A stretch of 64,000 nt of DNA, from the NCBI GenBank assembly GCA_964014485.1, contig CAXHAT010000001.1, forward strand, positions 66,946 to 130,945, written 5' to 3'. The stretch comes from an uncultured Deferribacteres bacterium. GTDB taxonomy: Bacteria > Zhuqueibacterota > Zhuqueibacteria > Zhuqueibacterales > Geothermadaptataceae. The position numbers and the translations under genes were made by a program. Positions 1 through 9,036 of the stretch are shown piece by piece. The notes beneath the pieces were generated by a model. The model did not search any database. It was not told the DNA's origin and saw only the letters and a list, made by a program, of their open reading frames with translations. The stretch's first letter is position 1; every line of letters begins with the position of its first letter.

Positions 1-175
1 GTTGCCGCATCATTTCAGTCATCAATCGCGCTGATTCAAATTCTACCGGATCAGCCGCTTGCACGCTGGAAAGTACAGTGACGCCAGGCACAAGATCGGC
101 GTTAGCCTGGTCGTCATCTTTGACGCCGCAATTGGACAAAAGAAAGGCAAGGAGAATCCACGAGTATTTTTTCAT
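1..175 (-). CDS. Putative lipoprotein, 5' part only (runs off the window start)
   Basis: Manual translation from ATG at 175 gives MKKYSWILLAFLLSNCGVKDDDQ..., with a lipobox-like LSNC; open to the window edge, just downstream of the aminotransferase. Confidence 0.6.
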   Translation of the reverse strand, partial: MKKYSWILLAFLLSNCGVKDDDQANADLVPGVTVLSSVQAADPVEFESARLMTEMMRQ

Positions 176-189
176 AAGATCAGGTCACG

Positions 190-1311
190 CTAATACATTT
201 TCATCAGAAAATCGAGGCTTGTCAAAGCTTCAATCGCGTTTTTCGTATTTTTACGACCAAACCCGATTCGAAAATGTTGATCGCCGCAGTCATAATTTAG
301 TGAAGGCAGCAACAAAACCCCCGCTTCTTGCCGCGCCTGATCACAAAACGCCTGTGATGAAACGCCGTTTTTCAATCCCGCAAAACCGATGCACCCGGCT
401 CTCGGTGGAATCCAGGAAAAAAGATGTGAGTTTTGTTGAAAAAACGAATTTACGGCTGCGATATTTTCGCGGATGATCTTCAGATTGCGCGATAAAATCT
501 TTTCTTTACGGCGCAGCGCAAGAGTCGCCAACCACTCCGAAGGTGCGCTGTTGCAGATCGTCGTGTAATCTTTGAACGCCGCCATTTTCTGATAAATCGC
601 AGGATTCCGCGTCGCGATCCACCCAATCCGCAAGCCCGCCAATCCAAAAGCTTTGGACATAACGCCAAGCGAAACCGCATTTTCATAAAGGTCACAGGCA
701 GCCGGAAGCCTGTCCGCTTGATCATACTCAAGAAAGCGATAAACTTCGTCGGAAAAGACAATGATATTTTTGCGCCTTGCTAAATCGATCACGGCTTCAA
801 AATCTTCCTTCGCCATCAAATAGCCGGTTGGATTGTGCGGGCAATTTAAAACAATTGCTCGCGTTTTATCGGTGATCATTTCTTCTAATTTCGCAAGCGA
901 CAAGCGCCACCCGTTCGATTCTTCCGCGCGCCATTTGGACACATGGCAGCCAACAGACTTCGGTAATTCAAGTAAGGATTGATAGCACGGAGAGTGGACG
1001 ATGACGTGATCGTCGGACTCCAAAACGGCGTGCATAAAAGCAAAAATCGCTTCTTCGGCGCCGGAAAAGACCAACGTTTCAGAAGGGCGAATTTTCTCGT
1101 ACAGCTCCGAAATCTCATCTCGCAATTCCGGATGACCAAGAGATTCCGTGTAGCCGAGCCAAAGCTTTTTCAGGCCGGATTCCGCTCCATTTTCCAGAGC
1201 CAGAATTTCGTCGACGCTGAAAGACTCGCAATCGGAGCAACACAGCAAATGCTCGACGTTAAACTCGTACTTGGCGAAGTAACGCTCGAGCTTAAAATCA
1301 GAGAGTTTCAT
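190..1311 (-). CDS. PLP-dependent aminotransferase class I/II
   Basis: NCPHNPTG, SDEVY and GVMSKAFGLAGLRIGW (PLP lysine); start chosen at MKLSDFKLERY. Confidence 0.9.
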   Translation of the reverse strand: MKLSDFKLERYFAKYEFNVEHLLCCSDCESFSVDEILALENGAESGLKKLWLGYTESLGHPELRDEISELYEKIRPSETLVFSGAEEAIFAFMHAVLESDDHVIVHSPCYQSLLELPKSVGCHVSKWRAEESNGWRLSLAKLEEMITDKTRAIVLNCPHNPTGYLMAKEDFEAVIDLARRKNIIVFSDEVYRFLEYDQADRLPAACDLYENAVSLGVMSKAFGLAGLRIGWIATRNPAIYQKMAAFKDYTTICNSAPSEWLATLALRRKEKILSRNLKIIRENIAAVNSFFQQNSHLFSWIPPRAGCIGFAGLKNGVSSQAFCDQARQEAGVLLLPSLNYDCGDQHFRIGFGRKNTKNAIEALTSLDFLMKMY

Positions 1312-1347
1312 ATTCAAAAATCAATCTTGTGAACCGAGTCTGCAAAG

Positions 1348-3864
1348 CTATTTTTTCGATAAAAATCTTTCCGTTTCCCTGAAAACGTCTTCCCGTGCAC
1401 CAACGACAACCTCGGTTTCGGGTAATGAAGCCAAGAACAATCGCCCATAGTTTTTGCTGACCACACGCTGATCGAAAATCAGGATGGAGCCGTAATCGGT
1501 TTTTGAGCGAATCAACCGACCGAAACCTTGCTTGAATTTCAGCACAGCCTGCGGCACGGTGTAATCCATGAACGAGCTGCCGCCCTGTTTTTCTATCGCT
1601 TCAACGCGCGCTTCGATCACCGGTTCGCTCGGCACGCGAAACGGCAGGCGCGGAATGATGACATTGATCAGAGCGTCGCCTTGAACGTCCACGCCTTCCC
1701 AAAAACTGTCCGTCGCAAACAATACCGAAGATTTGTCTGAGCGAAAACGTGAAAGCAGGCGATGGCGATTTTCCGCCCCCTGCTTGAGCAGCGTGATGTT
1801 CGACGCCGCAAGAGGCGCTTCAAGCGCGTTAAACATTTGGTTGAGCAAACTATAAGAAGTGAACAAGACAAAGGCGCGCCCTTTTGAAGCCAAGACGCCG
1901 TTCTGCAAATAATCCGGCAAAACCTGCGCAAAACGCTGCGCATTTGGGGGCGGAATATCGGTGGGAATGCCGATAATCGCTTGTTCGTGATAGTCAAAAG
2001 GTGCAGACAAAATGCGCTCGGTCACGCGCCCCGCGTCCAAACCATGCAAGCCCAATCGCTGACCGATGTACTCAAACGATTTGTTGACGGAAAGCGTCGC
2101 CGAGGTCATGACGACGGTAGGAAAACGTTGAAAAACAGCGTTTCGCATGATCGGCGAAACGTCGAGCGGCGCTGTGTGAAAGCGGACGATTGGGCCGTAC
2201 CGGCTTGCGCGCGCTTCCAACCAGCGGATATTGGTTTCGTCGTTTTCAAGCATGACGGCTGAGAGTCCGTTGGCGAATTCTTCGAGTCGTCCGGCCTGAG
2301 CATTGAGGTCTACGGCGGAAGAACGCGCTTCTTTTTCAAACGCCTCCGGTACGCGTGCGAGGCGTTTGTTCAGCTTATCAATCGCATTCGGAATTTCATA
2401 CAAAGCAGCCACGACGTTCTTGGATTCCTGAGCCAGCGCAGCCCATTGCTCGCCCCGTCTTACCTGCTCCTGAATTCGCAGCTTGACTTCCTGATATTGC
2501 GACGCGTTATTTCCGGTTAGCCAATGAAACACGCGGTCGACCAATTCGCTCAAGGATCGTCGTGCAATGTCTACTTTGGACTTGGCTTCTTCAATCGATT
2601 CGTCGAGATCGTCGAACAACTGAGCCCCGACGGACGCATAGTTTTTGTTGAGTTTGGCGTAGAGAAAAGGCAGCAGACCGACAACCTTTTGGTTCTTAAC
2701 GCGCGTCAAACGATTCAATGCGCGGAGCACGCCAAGCCAGGTGATGCGCACGCCGAAATAACGCGACGCCACGTCCTCGAGATTGTGCGCTTCGTCAAGA
2801 ATGACGCGTTCGTACTTGGGTAAAACGGCGACCTCGCTCGCGTCCCCGACGCTTGAGCGAACCGAAAGATCCGCAAATAGCAGATGGTGATTTGCGACTA
2901 AAATATTTGCCGTCGTAGCCCTGCGCCGAGCGTTGTAGAAAAAGCATTTGCTATAGTAAGGGCAGCGCTTTTTTAAAGACGTGTCGCTCTCGGATTGAAC
3001 CTGTTCCCAAACCTTGTCGCTCGGATTAAACGCGAGATCGGATTTACTGCCGTCTTTGGTCTCCTGCGCCCAGCGCGCGAGCTGAAAGACTTCGGATTCG
3101 GCGTTTTCAATATCGAGCAAAGACGGTTGTTTGACCGCTTCATTAAGCTTTCGCAAACAAATGTAGTTTGATCGACCTTTAACCAGTTCCGCTTGAAATT
3201 TTTGCGGCACGACTTTCTTCAGCAACGGGATGTCTTTTTCGATCAATTGTTGCTGAAGGTTGATCGTGTTGGTCGAAATGACAACGCGCCGTTGATTTGC
3301 GATGCTCCACAAAATCGCCGGGAGCAGGTAGGCAATGGTTTTTCCTGTACCGGTTCCCGCCTCGATCAAGGCAATCTTTTCGCTATTAAAAGCTTCGGCT
3401 ACGCTCGCCAGCATTTCCCGTTGCGGCTCACGCACTTCAAAGTTTTCCAGTTTCTGCGCCACCATTCCGCCGGGAGCGAGATATTCTTGCAAAGCCGCTT
3501 CATCAATTTGAGCGGCTTCCTGGTGTACGGCGGGTTCGACTGAAACGAAAACGTCGTCCGCTAAATTGTTCACAATGTAAAAACCGATCCCGTCGTTTCC
3601 GAGACGGCTCGCAATGCTGTTGTCCGCTTTAGAAGGGGTAAGATGGCCGGAAGGATGGTTGTGAATAACGACGTCGCCGGGGCGACAATTGGAAGTAATG
3701 GCAGGAACCTCGACGGAATTGCCTCTGGCCAGAACCTCGGCGCTCTCAACTAATTTTTTGTTGCTTGTGCGACCGACAAAAAACACTTCAACCCCGCCCG
3801 CTTCAGCAATCGCGTCGCGAATGTAAACGCAAACTTCTTCTGAAATGTATTCGCGAATGTTCAA
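1348..3864 (-). CDS. DinG/YoaA-family ATP-dependent helicase with N-terminal JAB/MPN (RadC-like) domain
   Basis: HNHPSGHLTPSKAD (JAMM-like), EAGTGTGKT, ILDEAH, MTSATL, FWEGVD, KQGFGRLIR. Start placed at TTG 3864 because the longer ORF runs into a REP repeat. Confidence 0.88.
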   Translation of the reverse strand: MNIREYISEEVCVYIRDAIAEAGGVEVFFVGRTSNKKLVESAEVLARGNSVEVPAITSNCRPGDVVIHNHPSGHLTPSKADNSIASRLGNDGIGFYIVNNLADDVFVSVEPAVHQEAAQIDEAALQEYLAPGGMVAQKLENFEVREPQREMLASVAEAFNSEKIALIEAGTGTGKTIAYLLPAILWSIANQRRVVISTNTINLQQQLIEKDIPLLKKVVPQKFQAELVKGRSNYICLRKLNEAVKQPSLLDIENAESEVFQLARWAQETKDGSKSDLAFNPSDKVWEQVQSESDTSLKKRCPYYSKCFFYNARRRATTANILVANHHLLFADLSVRSSVGDASEVAVLPKYERVILDEAHNLEDVASRYFGVRITWLGVLRALNRLTRVKNQKVVGLLPFLYAKLNKNYASVGAQLFDDLDESIEEAKSKVDIARRSLSELVDRVFHWLTGNNASQYQEVKLRIQEQVRRGEQWAALAQESKNVVAALYEIPNAIDKLNKRLARVPEAFEKEARSSAVDLNAQAGRLEEFANGLSAVMLENDETNIRWLEARASRYGPIVRFHTAPLDVSPIMRNAVFQRFPTVVMTSATLSVNKSFEYIGQRLGLHGLDAGRVTERILSAPFDYHEQAIIGIPTDIPPPNAQRFAQVLPDYLQNGVLASKGRAFVLFTSYSLLNQMFNALEAPLAASNITLLKQGAENRHRLLSRFRSDKSSVLFATDSFWEGVDVQGDALINVIIPRLPFRVPSEPVIEARVEAIEKQGGSSFMDYTVPQAVLKFKQGFGRLIRSKTDYGSILIFDQRVVSKNYGRLFLASLPETEVVVGAREDVFRETERFLSKK

Positions 3865-3946
3865 GGTCGTTGATCCCGGGGTTAAAATATCACTGTTCAG
3901 CAAACCAACCGCGATTGCGGTCTTGGTCAAAAAGCAACTCACTCCA

Positions 3947-4025
3947 GAGTCAAACGCTTCAGCGTTTGAGTGCATCTTACCGTCACCGGCGACGATAAAT
4001 CGCCGCACTCCGAAAAGAATGACTC
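3947..4025. repeat. REP-like doublet, GCACTCC family, copy 1
   Basis: gagtcaaacgcttcagcgttt...ggcgacgataaatcgccgcactccgaaaagaatgactc; near-identical copy at 53655-53732 and a degenerate copy at 4277-4336. Confidence 0.8.
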
Positions 4026-4026
4026 T

Positions 4027-4221
4027 CTGATGTTTCGCATGTGTCGTTTGTTACGTACGATCAGAATCTTAGGACAACTTTTGATTCTCATTAGCTCCGT
4101 TCTTCAGAGCGGAGATTCTTGAAGACGGTCGTTCCACCTCTTCCACCGGGCTGAAGCCCGGCGCTAATGAGACGATGTTTGCTCTAAAATTCAGAATGTG
4201 CGTTGCCGCGCGTAACATCAG
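4027..4221. mobile_element. MITE-like element, copy 1 (ends CTGATGTT...AACATCAG) with an internal REP doublet
   Basis: Terminal inverted repeat; both arms are homologous to 46896-47138; internal tctcattagc...gctaatgaga inverted pair. Confidence 0.7.
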
Positions 4222-4525
4222 CTACTCAAAAGCTTTACAATCGCCCAAACTGAGTCCGTCAAGAACGCTCCAAAACCAAGCGCTTCAGCGTTTGAACAGG
4301 CGATAATGAATTATCGCACGTCCCAAAAAGCGACTCAGGAACATGAGCAATTAAAAAATGAAATATACCGCCGCCGAACATGCAGACAAGCGAAAACGGC
4401 CAACGGGCTGGCCGTTTTTCACCGCTCCGTCAGGTCGTTCTTCCCAGCGAATAATGCTTGAAAGATGCGGGAATGCGTCGTACATTCGCCGCCAATATCG
4501 TCGAACTGACGTTTTAAAGGAAAAA

Positions 4526-6466
4526 ATGAAAAGAACGTTTCTGACCTTTGCCGCGCTTTTTGTCGCCGTCCCGCTCTTGGCCCAAAAGCCCATCATTTAC
4601 AAAATTTCTTTTGAAAACGCCGCCCACCACGAAGCCGAAATTTCGGTTCAATTCAGCGACGTCCCGGAAGGTAAGCTTGAGCTGCGCATGAGCCGCTCCT
4701 CGCCCGGGCGCTACGCACTCCACGAATTCGCAAAAAACGTCTACAACGTCCGCGCGGTTGACAGCAAGGGAAAGCCGTTGATCGTCTCACGACCGAATCC
4801 TTACCAATGGGACGTTTCCGGGCACAGCGGAACCGTGAAAGTGAGCTACACTTTGTATGCCGACCACGCCGACGGCACCTACGCCGCCGTCGATGCATCG
4901 CACGCTCATTTGAACATGCCTGCGACTTTTATGTGGGCGCGCGGCATGGACGAACGCAAAATCAGAATTGAGTTTTCACCTCCGCGCGACAGTAACTGGA
5001 AAGTGGCGACCCAGCTTGCGCCAACGAATGATCCTTTCATGTTTACCGCGCCGAATTTCCAATATTTTATGGATTCTCCGACTGAGCTAAGCAATTTTAT
5101 GCTGCGCGAATGGCCGGTCGATTCGCCGCACGGCGAGCAGACAATTCGGATCGCGCTTCATCACGAAGGAACGGAAGCGGAGGCCGATGTTTACGCTGAA
5201 ATGGGCAAGCGCGTTGTCGACGAGCAAATCGCCATCTTTGGCGAACTGCCCAAGCTGGATTATGGAACGTACACCTTTATCGCCGATTATTTGCCGTGGG
5301 TTTCCGGCGACGGCATGGAACATCGCAACTCAACGATTTTGATTGGAACGAATCCGCTGAAAACGCGCGCTGTCGGGAATTTGGGGACGCTGTCGCACGA
5401 GTTTGTGCATACCTGGAACGTCGAACGCATCCGCCCGAAATCTCTGGAGCCTTTCAATTTTGAAGCCGCAAACATGTCCGGCGAACTGTGGTTTGCCGAA
5501 GGTTTCACCAGCTACTACACGCCGTTGACCATCCATCGCGCCGGGCTAACGAGCCTGGATCGTTTGGCGCGCAGCTATTCCGGGACGCTCAACTATGTTT
5601 TGAATTCACCTGGCCGAAACTTCTTTTCGGCTGTAGAAATGAGCATGCAAGCCCCGTTTGTCGACGCGGCTCGCGCGGTTGACGAGCACAATCGAAACAA
5701 CACTTTTATCTCTTATTATTCGTTTGGCGCTGCGATAGGCCTCGGGCTTGACTTGGCGCTGCGGTCGAAATTTGAAGGCTTGTCATTGGATAATTTAATG
5801 CAAGCCATGTGGCAAAATTTCGGCAGATCGGAAACGCCCTACACGAACGAAAATATTCGAGAAACACTGGCGGAAATTACCGGCGATCAAGCATTCGCAA
5901 CGATGTTTTTTGACAAATATATTTTTGGAAATGAAGTCCTGAATTATAAGAGTTTGCTCGCAAACGCAGGCTTGACCCTGAAAAAGAGAAATCCCGGTAA
6001 AGCGTGGGCGGGTGCGGCTTTTCTGCGGTATCAGGACGGAAAAGCCTTGGTTAGCGGCGCGACGCGAATCGGTTCGCCTTTTTATAACGCCGGGGTAGAT
6101 CGCGATGACAAAATCATCGAAATTGACGGCATGGAAATGTCTTCGCAGGATGAATTTAAGAAACTGCTTGATTCGCACGAACCGGGCGACGTCGTTGAAA
6201 TTTCGTACTGGCAGCGCGGCCAGGAAAAAACGGAAAAGCTGACTTTTGCTGAAGACCCGTCGCTTCAAGTCGTTCCTTTCGAGCACCAGGAGCAAGAGAT
6301 CACCCAAGAGATCGCAGCCTTCCGAAAAAGCTGGCTTGGCTCGAAAGCTAAAAATCAGCGCCCCGAACTGGTCAAGCATTGCCATCGATGTAAGCGAGAG
6401 TTTGCCTTTGCTTTCGAATATTGCCGATTCGACGGCGAGACGTTGATGATTACGTCGGACAAATAA
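4526..6466 (+). CDS. M61-family glycyl aminopeptidase with PDZ domain and C-terminal zinc-ribbon-like tail
   Basis: Signal peptide MKRTFLTFAAL, SPGRY, GMEHRNST, HEFVH...WFAEGFTSYY, PDZ-like GSPFYNAGVDRDDKIIEIDG. Confidence 0.9.
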   Translation: MKRTFLTFAALFVAVPLLAQKPIIYKISFENAAHHEAEISVQFSDVPEGKLELRMSRSSPGRYALHEFAKNVYNVRAVDSKGKPLIVSRPNPYQWDVSGHSGTVKVSYTLYADHADGTYAAVDASHAHLNMPATFMWARGMDERKIRIEFSPPRDSNWKVATQLAPTNDPFMFTAPNFQYFMDSPTELSNFMLREWPVDSPHGEQTIRIALHHEGTEAEADVYAEMGKRVVDEQIAIFGELPKLDYGTYTFIADYLPWVSGDGMEHRNSTILIGTNPLKTRAVGNLGTLSHEFVHTWNVERIRPKSLEPFNFEAANMSGELWFAEGFTSYYTPLTIHRAGLTSLDRLARSYSGTLNYVLNSPGRNFFSAVEMSMQAPFVDAARAVDEHNRNNTFISYYSFGAAIGLGLDLALRSKFEGLSLDNLMQAMWQNFGRSETPYTNENIRETLAEITGDQAFATMFFDKYIFGNEVLNYKSLLANAGLTLKKRNPGKAWAGAAFLRYQDGKALVSGATRIGSPFYNAGVDRDDKIIEIDGMEMSSQDEFKKLLDSHEPGDVVEISYWQRGQEKTEKLTFAEDPSLQVVPFEHQEQEITQEIAAFRKSWLGSKAKNQRPELVKHCHRCKREFAFAFEYCRFDGETLMITSDK

Positions 6467-6503
6467 ATTTGGTCTTCTGCGAAAAACCAACTGACATGTT
6501 GAT

Positions 6504-7223
6504 ATGAATCTACGTCTGAAAGCTGCGATTTTTTCTTTAGCTGCGTTTCTAAGCGCCGAAACCTTATGGGCGGGAGACGCTTCGAAACTCAAGGTTATCG
6601 GCTTCTCGCAAGACGGAAAATACCTGGCGTTTGAAGTGTACGGCGTTCAAGACGGCAGCGGTATGCCCTATTGCGAGGTTTACCTGGTCGATGTTGAAAA
6701 GAATGATTTTGTCGGTCGTCCGGTCAAGCTATCCGGGCACGAGGGAGACGGCGACGATTTGGCTTTGAACACTGTCCGCGAGCAAGTTCGCGGACAAGTC
6801 GAGAGCCGCATCGCTGAATTGGAAATCAGCGGCGAATTTCAAGGCGAGTTGGTCGTTCACAACCCAATCGCCGATCTTTCAGACGACGGCTGTCACGTAC
6901 GTTTTTCCAGCCATCCGGTAACGTACAATGAACCCGAAGCGCACGTTTATGAAGTTTTTTTAGAGCAAGAAGCAACTGGGGACACTTGCTACTATTTTCC
7001 GGCGCAAATTTTTACCCTGAATTTGAAGCATCAGGGCCGCATCAAAACGCTGCAAAAGGACGCTCGTCTGCCAAAATCGCGCGGGTGCGTTTATAAATAT
7101 CGCATTGAGCGCGTCATCTGTTTTCAGAACAAAATCGTCGTTTTTCTCAACTCTTACCGCCCCGGCTTCGAAGGCCCGGAAGTGCGTCACCTGGTTGTGA
7201 CCGGCACGCTCGATTTTCCATAA
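6504..7223 (+). CDS. Secreted DUF2259-like protein
   Basis: Signal peptide followed by GFSQDGKYLAFEVYGVQDGSGMPY; C-terminal PGFEGP. Confidence 0.75.
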   Translation: MNLRLKAAIFSLAAFLSAETLWAGDASKLKVIGFSQDGKYLAFEVYGVQDGSGMPYCEVYLVDVEKNDFVGRPVKLSGHEGDGDDLALNTVREQVRGQVESRIAELEISGEFQGELVVHNPIADLSDDGCHVRFSSHPVTYNEPEAHVYEVFLEQEATGDTCYYFPAQIFTLNLKHQGRIKTLQKDARLPKSRGCVYKYRIERVICFQNKIVVFLNSYRPGFEGPEVRHLVVTGTLDFP

Positions 7224-7234
7224 AGCCGTCCTAA

Positions 7235-7945
7235 ATGCTCGCCAAATTACAGCAACTTTATTCCGGATTTTATCTCGACGCGCCCGTTGGAAACAACGCT
7301 TTTTCGTGGAATCTGCGGCAACACAAATCGCTCTATGTTCCGACTCTCATCGAAGGAAGATTGGATGATTTGGCGGTGGGCGAAAATATCACCTTTTGCG
7401 AAGTCGTTGACGGGCGGGAGCAAGCGCACCTAGGGTTGCGGCGGTTCATCTATTTCCAAAAAGGCGGAAAGCATTTTTTTATTTTCGACAATCACAACCA
7501 CGCGTTTTGCTTCTGGGTTTTCGGAGTATTGAAGCGCTTGTTTCCAAAAGGTTTAAGGCTTGTCCATGTTGATCAACATTCCGATATGCGCGAACCGGAG
7601 ACCTGGTTTTCCGATGCGTTTGATTTGAACCAGGCATTTGACTACACAAACAACGTTTTGAACGTCGGCAATTTCATCAAGCCCGCCTTAAAAGCCGGCG
7701 TTTTTTCCGATGTTGACGTCATCGACGGCGAGTACGCTTTGAATAAGCATTCTTACAATGAAAAGATCGTGCTTGACGTGGACGTTGATTTTTTTGCTCC
7801 GGAAATGGCTTTTATCGACCACGACTTGAAAATCAAAAAAATCAGAGAATACCTCCAGATGGCGGACTTTGTCACCATCGCGACCAGTCCTTTTTTTATC
7901 GATCAAACACTGGCCATAAACGTCATCAAGGAATTGCTGGCATGA
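7235..7945 (+). CDS. UPF0489-family (arginase/deacetylase-like fold) protein
   Basis: DNHNHA, HVDQHSD, LDVDVDFF and TIATSP motifs. Confidence 0.75.
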   Translation: MLAKLQQLYSGFYLDAPVGNNAFSWNLRQHKSLYVPTLIEGRLDDLAVGENITFCEVVDGREQAHLGLRRFIYFQKGGKHFFIFDNHNHAFCFWVFGVLKRLFPKGLRLVHVDQHSDMREPETWFSDAFDLNQAFDYTNNVLNVGNFIKPALKAGVFSDVDVIDGEYALNKHSYNEKIVLDVDVDFFAPEMAFIDHDLKIKKIREYLQMADFVTIATSPFFIDQTLAINVIKELLA

Positions 7946-8946
7946 ATTTTAACGCTTTCGCAGCCGCAGAAGCTTCGGCTCAATTTGCGCCGTTCGCCTA
8001 TCCGCCAAAACCGCTTTCACACCTTGATCTTGAAATTGAAATCACGCATTGCGGCATTTGCCACAGCGACGTGCATTTGTGGCAAAACGATTGGGGAATC
8101 ACGCATTTTCCTTTTGTTCCCGGCCATGAAATTGTTGGGATCGTTCAAAAGCGCGGCAAGAACGCGAAGCAATTTGAAATTGGCGATCGCGTCGGCGTGG
8201 GCTGGCAATGCGGCTCCTGCCACAAGTGTGAGTTTTGCGACCGCGGCGAGGAAAACTTGTGCGACCGCAAAAAAGCGACGTGCGTCAAAAATCACGGCGG
8301 ATTCGCGGACAAGATTCGCGTCGACCATCGATTCGCGTTCAAAATCCCGGGAGCGCTGAGTTCGGCGGGTGCGGCGCCGCTGCTTTGCGGCGGAATCACA
8401 GTTTATACGCCGCTCAGAGATTTTGGGGTGAGCTCAGAAATGAAAGTCGGCGTTGTCGGCGTCGGCGGCCTCGGACATTTGGCCATTCAATTCGCCGGCG
8501 CAATGGGCTGTGAAGTGACGGCCTTCTCGACTTCTCCAAATAAGGAAAGTGAAGCAAAAAAATTTGGCGCACATCATTTTGTCGATTCTCGTAACCGTGA
8601 AAAAATGAAAAAAACACAGCGTTCTCTTGATTTTATATTAACCACGGTTTTTGCTGATTTGGATTGGCGCGTTTACGTCAACGCGCTGCGGCCGCGAGGC
8701 AAGCTTTGTTTTGTCGGCGTGCCGGAGCAACCGATCACGATTTCTCCAAGCCAATTGATTGAGGGGCAGCGCTCCATTTGCGGCAGCCCAATCGGCGGGC
8801 GGGTGATGATGCAGGAAATGTTGCAGTTTGCCGCACGACATAAAATCGAGGCGCAAATTGAGACGCTTCCTTTTTCAGAAGTGAATGCGGCGATGGCCAA
8901 AGTGCGAGACAGCCAAGCGCGTTACAGGGTTGTTTTAAAGAATTGA
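7942..8946 (+). CDS. Zn-dependent NAD(P)H alcohol/aldehyde dehydrogenase (CAD/Ahr-like)
   Basis: CGICHSD, GHEIVG, structural Zn CxxCxxC-x7-C, GVGGLG; ATGA overlap with the upstream gene. Confidence 0.92.
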   Translation: MNFNAFAAAEASAQFAPFAYPPKPLSHLDLEIEITHCGICHSDVHLWQNDWGITHFPFVPGHEIVGIVQKRGKNAKQFEIGDRVGVGWQCGSCHKCEFCDRGEENLCDRKKATCVKNHGGFADKIRVDHRFAFKIPGALSSAGAAPLLCGGITVYTPLRDFGVSSEMKVGVVGVGGLGHLAIQFAGAMGCEVTAFSTSPNKESEAKKFGAHHFVDSRNREKMKKTQRSLDFILTTVFADLDWRVYVNALRPRGKLCFVGVPEQPITISPSQLIEGQRSICGSPIGGRVMMQEMLQFAARHKIEAQIETLPFSEVNAAMAKVRDSQARYRVVLKN

Positions 8947-8956
8947 GGCCTTTTGT

Positions 8957-9024
8957 AAGGAGAGCAAGGCTTGCCTTGATTGTACGCTAAGCTTTTAAAA
9001 GGCAAAGCAAGCTTTGCACTCCTT
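8957..9024. repeat. REP-like inverted doublet (GCACTCC family) between convergent genes
   Basis: aaggagagcaaggcttgccttg ... caaagcaagctttgcactcctt. Confidence 0.6.
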
Positions 9025-9036
9025 CTGGCGATCCCG

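Noticed and set aside
1348..3864. Type IV CRISPR CasDinG or a defence helicase
   Set aside because: Housekeeping context with no cas or defence neighbours.
4358..4525. Upstream in-frame extension of the M61 ORF (similar extensions on dinG, lptD and ROK)
   Set aside because: A downstream ATG with an RBS gives a proper signal peptide; the extensions cross repeat or promoter DNA.
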